From Patescibacteria group bacterium (GTDB lineage Bacteria; Patescibacteriota; Patescibacteriia; Patescibacteriales; JBAZCA01): a DNA stretch of 64,000 nucleotides. The position numbers and the translations under genes are program-made. The stretch lies in contig JBAZUL010000006.1 of assembly GCA_041661405.1 (NCBI GenBank), forward strand, positions 1,681 through 65,680. The letters run 5' to 3'. The notes beneath the pieces are model-generated. The model was not told the origin of the DNA and made no database searches. It saw only the letters and a list, made by a program, of their open reading frames with translations. Positions 55,245-63,866 of this stretch are shown here, piece by piece (position 1 is the first letter of the stretch; every line of letters begins with the position of its first letter).

Positions 55245-55560
55245 AAAACAAGCCGGAGGAGAGTGGAGCAAGTCTTCCTTTTTTTCCCAGATGGCCAATA
55301 TCGGTTCGGAAGTCGGGAGGGCCATTAACTGGCGCCGCAAAGAAAACAAAGCCTACGCCCGAGGCGCGTTTGAACGGTCTTTGGAATTATTTGATCTGAC
55401 CGCGGCTGATCCGAGGAATATTGGGCGCTTAAAAGAAATTCTTCGAGCCCGGGAGGCTTGGGTGGATTTTTTCGCCTATGACAATGAATATAATTCCACG
55501 GCCGGGCAATGGGAAAAATATTTTTTAGCCTTTAATTACGCGGCGAACTTGAACCGTTAA
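55228..55560 (+). CDS. Hypothetical helical protein
   Basis: ATG 55228 overlaps the upstream ORF by 17 nt. The last 23 nt are shared with ORF 59162..59446. Confidence 0.4.
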   Translation: MAYQHKKQAGGEWSKSSFFSQMANIGSEVGRAINWRRKENKAYARGAFERSLELFDLTAADPRNIGRLKEILRAREAWVDFFAYDNEYNSTAGQWEKYFLAFNYAANLNR

Positions 55561-55855
55561 TTTAAATCCGGCCGGTTTACAAAATAAAGGCGGGGCTTGA
55601 TGAGCCGTTGAAGGGAGCGAGTCTTTGATAGTATTATTGCCGGGTTTCAGTAAAAGCGCTATAATAAAACAAAAAAACTTAATACAGCTTAATTAATTCA
55701 TAGCCCTAAGGAGGTATGAAAAACAATTTTTTAAAGCGTTGCGGGAACATGCCCCGCAAGGCAAAGCATGCCATTAAAATCAATCTGTCCATTCCCGGAA
55801 AAGTTTTACTGACCCTCGCTATCGCGGGGTTTTTTGTTTTTGGGGGAGTTTTTGG
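55538..55855 (+). repeat. Segmental duplication, copy 1 (junction repeat + promoter + SD + first ~47 codons of lipase-like gene)
   Basis: Aligns to 59424..59761 with about 8 substitutions and one 20-bp indel. Contains TTGCCG-17-TATAAT (55637..55665) and the aaggagg SD. Confidence 0.9.
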
Positions 55856-57977
55856 TTTAGCGATTTTCTGCGTCCCCGAAGCCCGGGCCGAAGGCATAAT
55901 GATTTCAGAGGACACGGTCTGGGAAAAAGGCGAAGTCCGGGTAGTTGACGACCCCATGAACGGCCTCGCGATTATGCCCGGAGTTAAGCTCACGATCAAT
56001 CCGGGCGTGATTATTAAGCTCGGAAAAAATACGCCGATTCTCGCCATGGGCGAGCTGGATATTAAGGGAAGCGAAACCGAGCCGGTGATAATCACCTCGC
56101 TGAAAAATGATACCGTTGGCGGCGATACCAACGGAGACGGAACGGCGACCGCCCCGATGCCGGGCGACTGGTACGGGATTATGGCTAACGGTCCGGACTC
56201 TAAAATCAATATTGACTACGCCGAAATAAGCTATGGCGGCGGGTATGAGGATATGACGGTCACCCTTATTGCCGCGTTTCAGATCAGCGGTTTTAATATA
56301 GCCCATAGCTCGTTTATCCATGACGCGGGAGTGATTTTTATCAACGAAGTTCCTGACCCTAAAATAAATTATAGCAATATTTACCTTGAGGAAGACTATT
56401 GCCGGGAAGAAGAAGGGGAAAGAATCTGCGAACACCTGTCGCTATTTTTCTTAGGATCCGAGCCGCTGGACGCTATAAATAATTATTGGGGTCACGCGGA
56501 AGGCCCGTCGCTGGAAGGGGCGGAGGACGCTAAAGGCATATTTATTTCCGGTAACGTCAATTACGAGCCATTTTTGACCGAACCCTGGGAGCCGGAGGTT
56601 GATGATGTTTTAGATCCTGTCATTATTGTTCCGGGGATTATGGGGAGTTGGAATGTTTCGGGCAGATGGCAGATTGATCCGATTTTCCATACTTATGATA
56701 ATTTAATGGAAGCGCTGATCGCGGCCGGGTACAAGGAAGATTCTTTACTTGAACCGGAACCGAATCTGTTTACTTTTTCTTACAATTGGCGGAATGACAA
56801 CAATGCTACGGCCGGCCTGCTCAGAGAGAAAATAGAGGAAGTAAAAAACCTGACCGGCGCGGATAAAGTTGATTTAGTCGCTCACTCAATGGGCGGCCTT
56901 ATCGCGCGTTCATATATTCAGGGGAGCGATTATCAGAATGACGTGGATCAACTTGTGTTTTTAGGAACGCCGCATTTGGGTTCGCTTGAAAGCTATTTGA
57001 AGTATGAAGGGGGAGACGGTTTTTTTAGCACAGGTGAAAAATTGACTAAATATTTATTCCAAATTGAAGCCGCCACCCAAGGCTACCTCAATTTAACCGA
57101 CTATATCCGGGCAGAAGTATTGTCAGTAGAGCAGTTACTGCCGGTTTTTAATTATCTAAAAGACAAACAGCCGGATAATTCCTGGCAATCGCGGCCATAC
57201 CCGCTAAATTATCCGCAGAATAATTTTCTGGAAAATTTAAACAGCCAAAGCGGGGTTGATTTACTGAAAGAGCGGGTGAATATAACCAATATAGTCAGCG
57301 ATTTAGGAAGCGAAAGCACCCTGAATTACCTCCGGGTAGTACCCGATCCTGATCCGGGCGACAACAAATGGCAAAGCGGCTATCCGGAAAATCTTGAGAG
57401 TAGCCTTGACAGCCTGGAAAAAGGCAACGGCGACAGCACAGTGCCGCTACTGAGCGCCGATAGTTTAAGCGGAGTAGAAATAATAGAAACTAATAATTCG
57501 GATCATGAAAACCTGCCGACAATCATGCAGAAAGAGATCATAAAAGTTTTAACCGGAAAAACGCCGGATAACTATTTTAACAGTAAAATCACTTCAACCA
57601 TAAAAAAATGGTTTTTTTTCCGGGTCTATTCTCCGGTTGATTTCGTAATTATCGCTCCGGACGGAAGAAAGATCGGCAAGGACATAAACAACAACGCGGA
57701 AATAAACGAAATTTCCGACGCGTTTTACAGCGGTTTTAGCGGCGAAGCCGAGTTTGTTCTGATTCCTAATCCCGAAGACGGAGAATATAAAGTGAGTGTC
57801 CAAGGCGTTGATAACGGCGGGCAGTACAAACTCTCGGCCAGTCTGATTAACGATGAAAAAGAAAGCGACAAAGAATTCAGCGGGACTATTACTGCCAATC
57901 AAATTCAGGAATTTAACCTGAATTACGCCGAAGAAGCCGAAGACCCGATCAGCGAGCTGGATGGAACCCGAAGATGA
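55716..57977 (+). CDS. Secreted/anchored lipase-like alpha/beta hydrolase (LCAT/PGAP1-like), N-terminal beta-helix-like region
   Basis: Signal anchor, DPVIIVPGIMGSW, and the nucleophile elbow VAHSMGGLIAR. Confidence 0.7.
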   Translation: MKNNFLKRCGNMPRKAKHAIKINLSIPGKVLLTLAIAGFFVFGGVFGLAIFCVPEARAEGIMISEDTVWEKGEVRVVDDPMNGLAIMPGVKLTINPGVIIKLGKNTPILAMGELDIKGSETEPVIITSLKNDTVGGDTNGDGTATAPMPGDWYGIMANGPDSKINIDYAEISYGGGYEDMTVTLIAAFQISGFNIAHSSFIHDAGVIFINEVPDPKINYSNIYLEEDYCREEEGERICEHLSLFFLGSEPLDAINNYWGHAEGPSLEGAEDAKGIFISGNVNYEPFLTEPWEPEVDDVLDPVIIVPGIMGSWNVSGRWQIDPIFHTYDNLMEALIAAGYKEDSLLEPEPNLFTFSYNWRNDNNATAGLLREKIEEVKNLTGADKVDLVAHSMGGLIARSYIQGSDYQNDVDQLVFLGTPHLGSLESYLKYEGGDGFFSTGEKLTKYLFQIEAATQGYLNLTDYIRAEVLSVEQLLPVFNYLKDKQPDNSWQSRPYPLNYPQNNFLENLNSQSGVDLLKERVNITNIVSDLGSESTLNYLRVVPDPDPGDNKWQSGYPENLESSLDSLEKGNGDSTVPLLSADSLSGVEIIETNNSDHENLPTIMQKEIIKVLTGKTPDNYFNSKITSTIKKWFFFRVYSPVDFVIIAPDGRKIGKDINNNAEINEISDAFYSGFSGEAEFVLIPNPEDGEYKVSVQGVDNGGQYKLSASLINDEKESDKEFSGTITANQIQEFNLNYAEEAEDPISELDGTRR

Positions 57978-58644
57978 TGTCCCTCCGGTTATCGCGATTA
58001 GCGCTCCGGCCGATAACGCCGAGTATTTGCATAGCGGAAAGCTGGTAGTTGATTACGTTGTCTCTGACGATTTTTCAGGCATCGCATCATCAACGATTAA
58101 ACTGGACGGCGGGGAAATATTTAGTTCAGAAAATTCAGGACAGTCAACAACGACCATTGATTTATTTTACCTAAAAACCGGAGAGCATACGATGGAAATC
58201 ATCGCCGAAGACAAGGCCAGGAATATTGCCAGTTCAACGGTGAATTTTAGAATCATTGCCACCCCGGACAGCATGATTTCGGACATAAAAAGGCTCTATG
58301 ATTTAAGGTGGATAACTGACCGGACAATATCAAAGATTTTAATCAAAGAGATTGAGGAAATAAAATGGCGGCTCAGGCTGACGGACGAAGCGAAAAAGCT
58401 CATTTTAAAAGCCATTGAGAAAACCGAAAAAAACCGTTTTCTTCCGAAAAAACTCAAGGCTAAGATGATTGAGAAATTTAATGAGGAACTTTTGCGGCTT
58501 GACCGGGAAAGTGAAAAGAAACTCAATATTGTTTATGATCGGATTGAGCGGTCTTTGGGCAAGTATATAAAGAGAGGGTTAATTAACCAGGAGGCTTATG
58601 ATATAATATTGGATAGCGTTAATTTTTTAAGAAATAATTTGTAA
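57961..58644 (+). CDS. C-terminal module of the lipase-like protein, encoded in the +1 frame (split gene or frameshift)
   Basis: Colinear with the last ~220 aa of the 1293-aa paralogue: DLFYLKTGEHTMEIIAEDKARN vs DLFYEKTGEHRINIIAEDNAGN, and both end ...VNFLRNNL / VNYLRDNL. Confidence 0.6.
   Translation: MEPEDDVPPVIAISAPADNAEYLHSGKLVVDYVVSDDFSGIASSTIKLDGGEIFSSENSGQSTTTIDLFYLKTGEHTMEIIAEDKARNIASSTVNFRIIATPDSMISDIKRLYDLRWITDRTISKILIKEIEEIKWRLRLTDEAKKLILKAIEKTEKNRFLPKKLKAKMIEKFNEELLRLDRESEKKLNIVYDRIERSLGKYIKRGLINQEAYDIILDSVNFLRNNL
58351..58398 (+). repeat. 48-bp perfect direct repeat, copy 1 (inside CDS)
   Basis: attgaggaaataaaatggcggctcaggctgacggacgaagcgaaaaag is identical to 59032..59079. Confidence 0.95.
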
Positions 58645-58648
58645 ATGT

Positions 58649-59044
58649 ATGACTAATAATAAACGAAGCAAAAAAATTGTTAATCTACTGCTATCTTTTA
58701 GCGGAGCAATAGTATTTTCATTAATGTTTTTATTTGTATTTAATAATTTTTACGTTAGCCAATTTAACCCGGTGATGTTTAATAGTATGTTTTCATTGTG
58801 GAGTTACGGGTTTGACATAAAGTTAAATAGTTTTATCTTTGCATATTCTTTCTTCCTCCCCCTGTTTATAACGATATTCGTTTCCAAAAGGCAATGGCTG
58901 GCTTGGTTGATTCTGATTTTTATTCCTTTTACCATGGTTTTAGTTGGCGGCCAAAAGCATTTGCTCTGGTTTTTTATCTTTACTGTCGCCGGCGGTTTGA
59001 TTGGCTGGCTGATAAAAATGATGATTGAGAAATTGAGGAAATAA
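58649..59044 (+). CDS. Hypothetical polytopic membrane protein (AT-rich)
   Basis: 131 aa, 4 hydrophobic helices. The 3' end runs into repeat copy 2. Confidence 0.4.
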   Translation: MTNNKRSKKIVNLLLSFSGAIVFSLMFLFVFNNFYVSQFNPVMFNSMFSLWSYGFDIKLNSFIFAYSFFLPLFITIFVSKRQWLAWLILIFIPFTMVLVGGQKHLLWFFIFTVAGGLIGWLIKMMIEKLRK

Positions 59045-59079
59045 AATGGCGGCTCAGGCTGACGGACGAAGCGAAAAAG
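59032..59079 (+). repeat. 48-bp perfect direct repeat, copy 2 (mostly non-coding)
   Basis: Identical to 58351..58398. Confidence 0.95.
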
Positions 59080-59161
59080 AGGATTAAGGCATAATTCCGG
59101 TAATTCGGCGCATCGGTCAAAGGTTAAGAAATGTGATAATTAAATCACTTAAAATAATTCC

Positions 59162-59446
59162 ATGCATAACAAAAAAGGGGGCAGTAAACAGGTTGCGTTT
59201 TTTGAGGGCCGGAGTATCCGGCGGATTTGGGATGGAAAAAAGGAGAAGTGGTATTTTTCGGTGATTGATGTTATTTCTGCTCTTACCGAGCAGATAGATT
59301 TTAAAAAAGCGCAAAGCTATTGGACTACCCTAAAAAGCCGTTTAAAACAGGAAGGGAATGAGTCTGTCACAAAATGTGACAAACTGAAAATGCAATCCTC
59401 CGATGGTAAATATTACGCTACTGACGCGGCGAACTTGAACCGTTAA
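59162..59446 (+). CDS. BRO-N / prophage-antirepressor-like domain protein (short)
   Basis: FFEGRSIRRIWDGKKEKWYFSVIDVISALT resembles the Bro-N domain. Confidence 0.5.
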   Translation: MHNKKGGSKQVAFFEGRSIRRIWDGKKEKWYFSVIDVISALTEQIDFKKAQSYWTTLKSRLKQEGNESVTKCDKLKMQSSDGKYYATDAANLNR

Positions 59447-59761
59447 TTTAAATCCGGCCGGTTTACAAAATAAAGGCGGGGCTTAATGAGCCGTTGAGCG
59501 GAGCGAGTCTTTGATAGTATTATTGCCGAGTTTCAGTAAAAGCGGTATAATAAAACAAAAAAACTTAATACAGCTTAATTAACCCGCCTGCCGGCCGGCA
59601 GGTTCATAACCCTAAGGAGGTATGAAAATTAATTTTTTAAAGCGTTGCGGGAACATGCCCCGCAAGGCAAAGCATGCCATTAAAATCAATCTGTCCATTC
59701 CCGGAAAAGTTTTACTGACCCTCGCTATCGCGGGGTTTTTTGTTTTCGGGGGAGTTTTTGG
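59424..59761 (+). repeat. Segmental duplication, copy 2
   Basis: See copy 1. Promoter TTGCCG-17-TATAAT at 59523..59551. Confidence 0.9.
59583..59602. repeat. 20-bp GC-rich insertion containing a perfect 16-bp palindrome CCTGCCGGCCGGCAGG
   Basis: Present here but absent at the orthologous point of copy 1 (between 55692 and 55693): cagcttaattaa|ttcata. Confidence 0.9.
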
Positions 59762-62700
59762 CGCGCAGCCGGTTCTGGCTGATTCATCGCCGGACAATCT
59801 CTGGCATTTTAATGAATGTTCGGGCGCTTCCGCGGCTTCATTCCAGGGAACTGACAACCTGAATTTGGGAGGTAGCGCCTGGAGCGTTGGCAAATGGAAC
59901 TGCTCCATGGAATTATTTTGGTCTTACGCTCCCATGAAAGTTAATTTTAATGAGCCGCTATCGGCCGGCGATCTTACTGTGAGTGCGTGGTTCCGTTTTC
60001 CCCATGATAATTCCCGCTTTTCTTTCCGGCTGGTTGACGCGTCCGGCAAAGCGGCCAAGCTGTCAATTGACCAATATTATGCTGACGCGGAAAACCTTAC
60101 CGGTTCTTTTCTCCGTCTGCCGCCGGTCTGGCCGGCTGACGACGGCTGGCATCAGGCGGTTTTTTCAATCAATTCGTCCGAAGGGCAATGGAGAATCTAC
60201 TTTGATGGCTCAGAAGCTATTAGTTCAAGCCTTGAAGATTATGATTTTTCCCAATTTTCCCGCCTTGAAATCGGGACTAACAATAATTACACCCTGGTTG
60301 ACGAAGTGGCTGTCTGGCGCCGAACTCTGAGCGGAACGGAAATAAATGAAATTTACGGCTTAAACCAGGAAATGCCTCCGGCCGCTCCGATTATTCCAGC
60401 CGCGGAAAAAACAATGATTCATCTTTGGCAGTTTGACGAAGGAGACGGGAGCGCAATCCATGACGCCGCCGGAGAAATCGATTTAAGCCAAAACGCTGCT
60501 TTTGGCGAAGGAAAATGGGGAACAGGACTTTTACAATCTTGGCCTGCCGACCAGAGGATTGACGCCAATTTTAATGAACCGGTAAACGCCAGGGACTTGA
60601 GCCTTGAATTTTGGTTTAAAAATTCAAGCCACCCGAACGAAGGCCGCGGGTCAATATATCTCTCCGGCACGGGAGGAAATTTCGGCATCCGGCCGTCCCC
60701 ATCCGCCCTAACCGTCTATACGCCTTACGGCAATAAGAATTTTGGCGCCCGACCAGAACTGGCGGATAATAACTGGCATTATTTTACTCTGGTTTTTAAT
60801 TCTCATGATTACCGCTATGATTTTTACATAGACGGCCAAAATATTTATTCCGAAGAAAGCCTTCCGCTCGCGAATTCGGTTTTTGACCAAATTCACATCC
60901 GCGGCGAAAATTTTCCCTATTCTATTGACGAACTCGCCATCTTTCAAGGCGCTCTTTCGCAGGATGAAATACGGGAATATTACAACTCAAACGAGCCCCG
61001 AAAAAAATCCACCCTTGATCCGGTGATTCTTGTTCCGGGGATAATGGGGAGCTATCTTGTTAGGGAAAATACTTACGAAGAAATTTGGCCGAGAATTTCC
61101 ACCATGCTCATTGATCCCTGGGACGGGTATCTTAATGAGCTGGCAATGGGCGCGGACGGGATGCCTAATCCAGAGAGCGGCAATTTACAGGCCGCTGATA
61201 TTTTCCGTAATTTGTACGGAGAAGATTTTTTTGCCGGTTTGATAAACGAATTGACAGCGAGCGGCTATGAAGAGGGCGTGAATTTATTTGTTTTTCCCTA
61301 CGATTGGCGGCTGGATCTAAATATTATCGCCGGTGATGACAGCAGACTGCCGCGAACAGAAACTTTAAAAGAAAAAGTAGAGTCAGTAATAACCCAGACC
61401 GGGGCTGAAAAAGTTGACATTGTAGCTCATAGTATGGGCGGCTTAATTGCCAAACTCTACATGCAAAAATACGGCGGCGATAAAGTTAATAAGTTTGTTG
61501 ACATAGCGACGCCGCACTTAGGTTCAGCATCCGCGCTAAGAACATTAATGTATGGAGATGATTTGGGATTTAGAATTAAGAAGCTATCAATTCTAAACCT
61601 CAATGAAATAAAATCCATTTCACAAAACGTCCCTTCAATTTATCAGCTGCTACCAAGTCAAAACTATTTTGACGATAGTGACCCCAATTATGCCTATTAC
61701 ATCTACGACATGTTTGATTTTGATAATAATGGTGTTAAGGGGCGGCTGGATTATGGCCAATCCATTGAATTTCAGACTAATAGCGGCCGCAATCTGAATT
61801 TACTGCCCTTAAATAATCAACTGCATCAGGAAATTGACAATTTTAATTCCGAATCTTTTAGAATAAAAACTTATAATATCGTCGGTTGCGGCCGGCCGAC
61901 GATCGGGCAGATATATATCCTCAATAAGGAAAAATCCGGTGGATATGAATATGGTTTAAAATACATAAACGGCGATGGAACAGTGCCTTTGCGAAGCGCC
62001 GAATATTTATCCGCAACCAACGTTTACTATAGTACCGGAGCTGACCACCCGTTTTTGCCGAGTTTTAGCGGAGTTAGGCAATTGGTCTCATCAATATTGC
62101 ATGGAGAAGAAGGTAGCTTTAGCTTCTCACAGCATGCCAATATCCGGACGGACACCAACAGTTGCGCTCTAAACGGAACACAGATTAGCTTTCATAGCCC
62201 GATTGATCTGCATGTTTATGATGATAACGATAATCACACCGGACCGGACGAGAATGGCGATATTGAATTAAATATTGACGGCGCGGCTTACGATATAATT
62301 GACGAAAACAAATTTATTTTTCTTCCGTCCGGACATGATTATAAAGTCGCCGGAAAGGCGAGCGATGCCGGGAATTTTAATGCGAGAGTCCAGAAAATAG
62401 AAAACGGAGAAACAGTATCAACCGCTTATTTTAACGAAGTGCCGCTCAGCTTAGTGAGTACGGCCGTGAAAATAGATATTTCCGATGAACAAGCCAGCTA
62501 TGCGCTTAAAATAGATCAGGACGGAGACGAAGTTTTTGAAGAAAGCGAACAGCCCGACTCAATACTGAACTCCGAAGAATCGCTGGATTTTATCCCTCCG
62601 GATACCGCGATAAGCTTAGAGGGGGTAAGAGGAAATGAAAGCTGGTTCGTCTCCGAAGTCGCAGTAGATCTCGCCGCCGAAGACGATAATTCCGGAGTAT

Positions 62701-63503
62701 TGAAAACCGAATACAGTCTGGATAACGGCCAAAGCTGGACAGAATACCAAAGCCAATTTACGCTGTCGCTGGAAGGGGAAAACAAGTTAATCTATTCTTC
62801 AGCCGACAGGGCCGGAAATAGGGAAGCGGAAAAGGAAATTGTGATAAAAATTGACAAAACCGGGCCGGAAATACTCGTATTGGTTCCGGACGAGATCAGT
62901 CATGACAAAAAATTTAGTATTGAATATCTGGCTGATGATAATATCTCCAGCATTGCCACTGACACGATCGAGATATATTTGGACGAAAAATTGCTATCAT
63001 CCGGAACGATTGATCTATTTTACGAAAAAACTGGCGAACATCGGATAAATATAATCGCCGAAGACAATGCCGGAAACATAACCGAGGAAATAAAAATTTT
63101 CAGCGTAATTACCGACATTCAGGGAACGATTTCGGACGTAAACCGGGCTTATCTTGAAAAAATGCTAAACGAAAAAGCTAAAAAAGAACTGGTAAAAGAC
63201 CTAAAAAAAATAGAGGATTATATTAAAAAATACGGCAAAAGAGAAGAAAAAAGAGATAAAAGACAGGAGAATATATTAAATAGGTGCGTTAAGAAAAAGG
63301 GGAAAACCTGGTGCGAAAATAAGCTGGGAAAATTGTTTACGAAAATCAATTTCCGGCTGAATGTAATCCATGAAAAAATCGTAAAGTTGCAATACAGCCT
63401 GATCTTAAAAGAGCTTGAACTTTACCGAAAAAAGGGCTGGGTGACGGAAACAGGGTATGGTATAATTAAGGAGGACGTTAATTATTTAAGGGATAATTTA
63501 TAA
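59622..63503 (+). CDS. Large secreted protein: 2x LamG-like jelly-roll + LCAT/PGAP1-like lipase + Ig-like modules + helical tail
   Basis: LamG-like signatures LWHFNE...VDEVAVWRRTLSGTEINEIY and LWQFDE...IDELAIFQGALSQDEIREYY. Lipase signatures DPVILVPGIMGSY and VAHSMGGLIAKLY. Confidence 0.8.
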   Translation: MKINFLKRCGNMPRKAKHAIKINLSIPGKVLLTLAIAGFFVFGGVFGAQPVLADSSPDNLWHFNECSGASAASFQGTDNLNLGGSAWSVGKWNCSMELFWSYAPMKVNFNEPLSAGDLTVSAWFRFPHDNSRFSFRLVDASGKAAKLSIDQYYADAENLTGSFLRLPPVWPADDGWHQAVFSINSSEGQWRIYFDGSEAISSSLEDYDFSQFSRLEIGTNNNYTLVDEVAVWRRTLSGTEINEIYGLNQEMPPAAPIIPAAEKTMIHLWQFDEGDGSAIHDAAGEIDLSQNAAFGEGKWGTGLLQSWPADQRIDANFNEPVNARDLSLEFWFKNSSHPNEGRGSIYLSGTGGNFGIRPSPSALTVYTPYGNKNFGARPELADNNWHYFTLVFNSHDYRYDFYIDGQNIYSEESLPLANSVFDQIHIRGENFPYSIDELAIFQGALSQDEIREYYNSNEPRKKSTLDPVILVPGIMGSYLVRENTYEEIWPRISTMLIDPWDGYLNELAMGADGMPNPESGNLQAADIFRNLYGEDFFAGLINELTASGYEEGVNLFVFPYDWRLDLNIIAGDDSRLPRTETLKEKVESVITQTGAEKVDIVAHSMGGLIAKLYMQKYGGDKVNKFVDIATPHLGSASALRTLMYGDDLGFRIKKLSILNLNEIKSISQNVPSIYQLLPSQNYFDDSDPNYAYYIYDMFDFDNNGVKGRLDYGQSIEFQTNSGRNLNLLPLNNQLHQEIDNFNSESFRIKTYNIVGCGRPTIGQIYILNKEKSGGYEYGLKYINGDGTVPLRSAEYLSATNVYYSTGADHPFLPSFSGVRQLVSSILHGEEGSFSFSQHANIRTDTNSCALNGTQISFHSPIDLHVYDDNDNHTGPDENGDIELNIDGAAYDIIDENKFIFLPSGHDYKVAGKASDAGNFNARVQKIENGETVSTAYFNEVPLSLVSTAVKIDISDEQASYALKIDQDGDEVFEESEQPDSILNSEESLDFIPPDTAISLEGVRGNESWFVSEVAVDLAAEDDNSGVLKTEYSLDNGQSWTEYQSQFTLSLEGENKLIYSSADRAGNREAEKEIVIKIDKTGPEILVLVPDEISHDKKFSIEYLADDNISSIATDTIEIYLDEKLLSSGTIDLFYEKTGEHRINIIAEDNAGNITEEIKIFSVITDIQGTISDVNRAYLEKMLNEKAKKELVKDLKKIEDYIKKYGKREEKRDKRQENILNRCVKKKGKTWCENKLGKLFTKINFRLNVIHEKIVKLQYSLILKELELYRKKGWVTETGYGIIKEDVNYLRDNL

Positions 63504-63530
63504 TTTAGCCAACTAATTAAGAAAAATTTT

Positions 63531-63851
63531 ATGAAACTAATAAAAGAAATAAGTAATAAAAATGCAAAAATTAATTATTCGTTAATCAGCCTATTGTTTT
63601 GGGTTGTTGTAGTAATTTTGCCGTATAAGTATTTCTATTTATTAAGTGATAATGGCAGCTTGTTAATAGATTATATGATTGTGATTCCTCCCGTAATGGT
63701 GTTTTTAGCTTATGCTTTAATAAAACCAAAAGAAAAATTAAACAGAAATTATTTTTTAATAGTAGGCTTAATAATGCCTTTAATTTTTCATTATGCTTAT
63801 TTAGCCTTTATGATTATGGAAGCAATAAAAGGTTTTCGTCCTTCTCTATAA
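63531..63851 (+). CDS. Hypothetical membrane protein (AT-rich)
   Basis: 106 aa, 3 hydrophobic helices. Positionally analogous to 58649..59044. Confidence 0.35.
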   Translation: MKLIKEISNKNAKINYSLISLLFWVVVVILPYKYFYLLSDNGSLLIDYMIVIPPVMVFLAYALIKPKEKLNRNYFLIVGLIMPLIFHYAYLAFMIMEAIKGFRPSL

Positions 63852-63866
63852 AGTGATGAAAAAATT

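Noticed and set aside
55596-55625. Possible hammerhead ribozyme suggested by the GATGAG core in the 24-nt junction motif
   Set aside because: The bases before GATGAG differ among the three copies (cc/tt/ta-a). No GAAA core element is present and no stem II pairing can be drawn.
55706-56209. Minus-strand ORFs 55706..56209 and 59612..59908 with identical C-terminal halves
   Set aside because: The identity merely reflects the duplicated + strand module. Both are antisense to well-supported genes.
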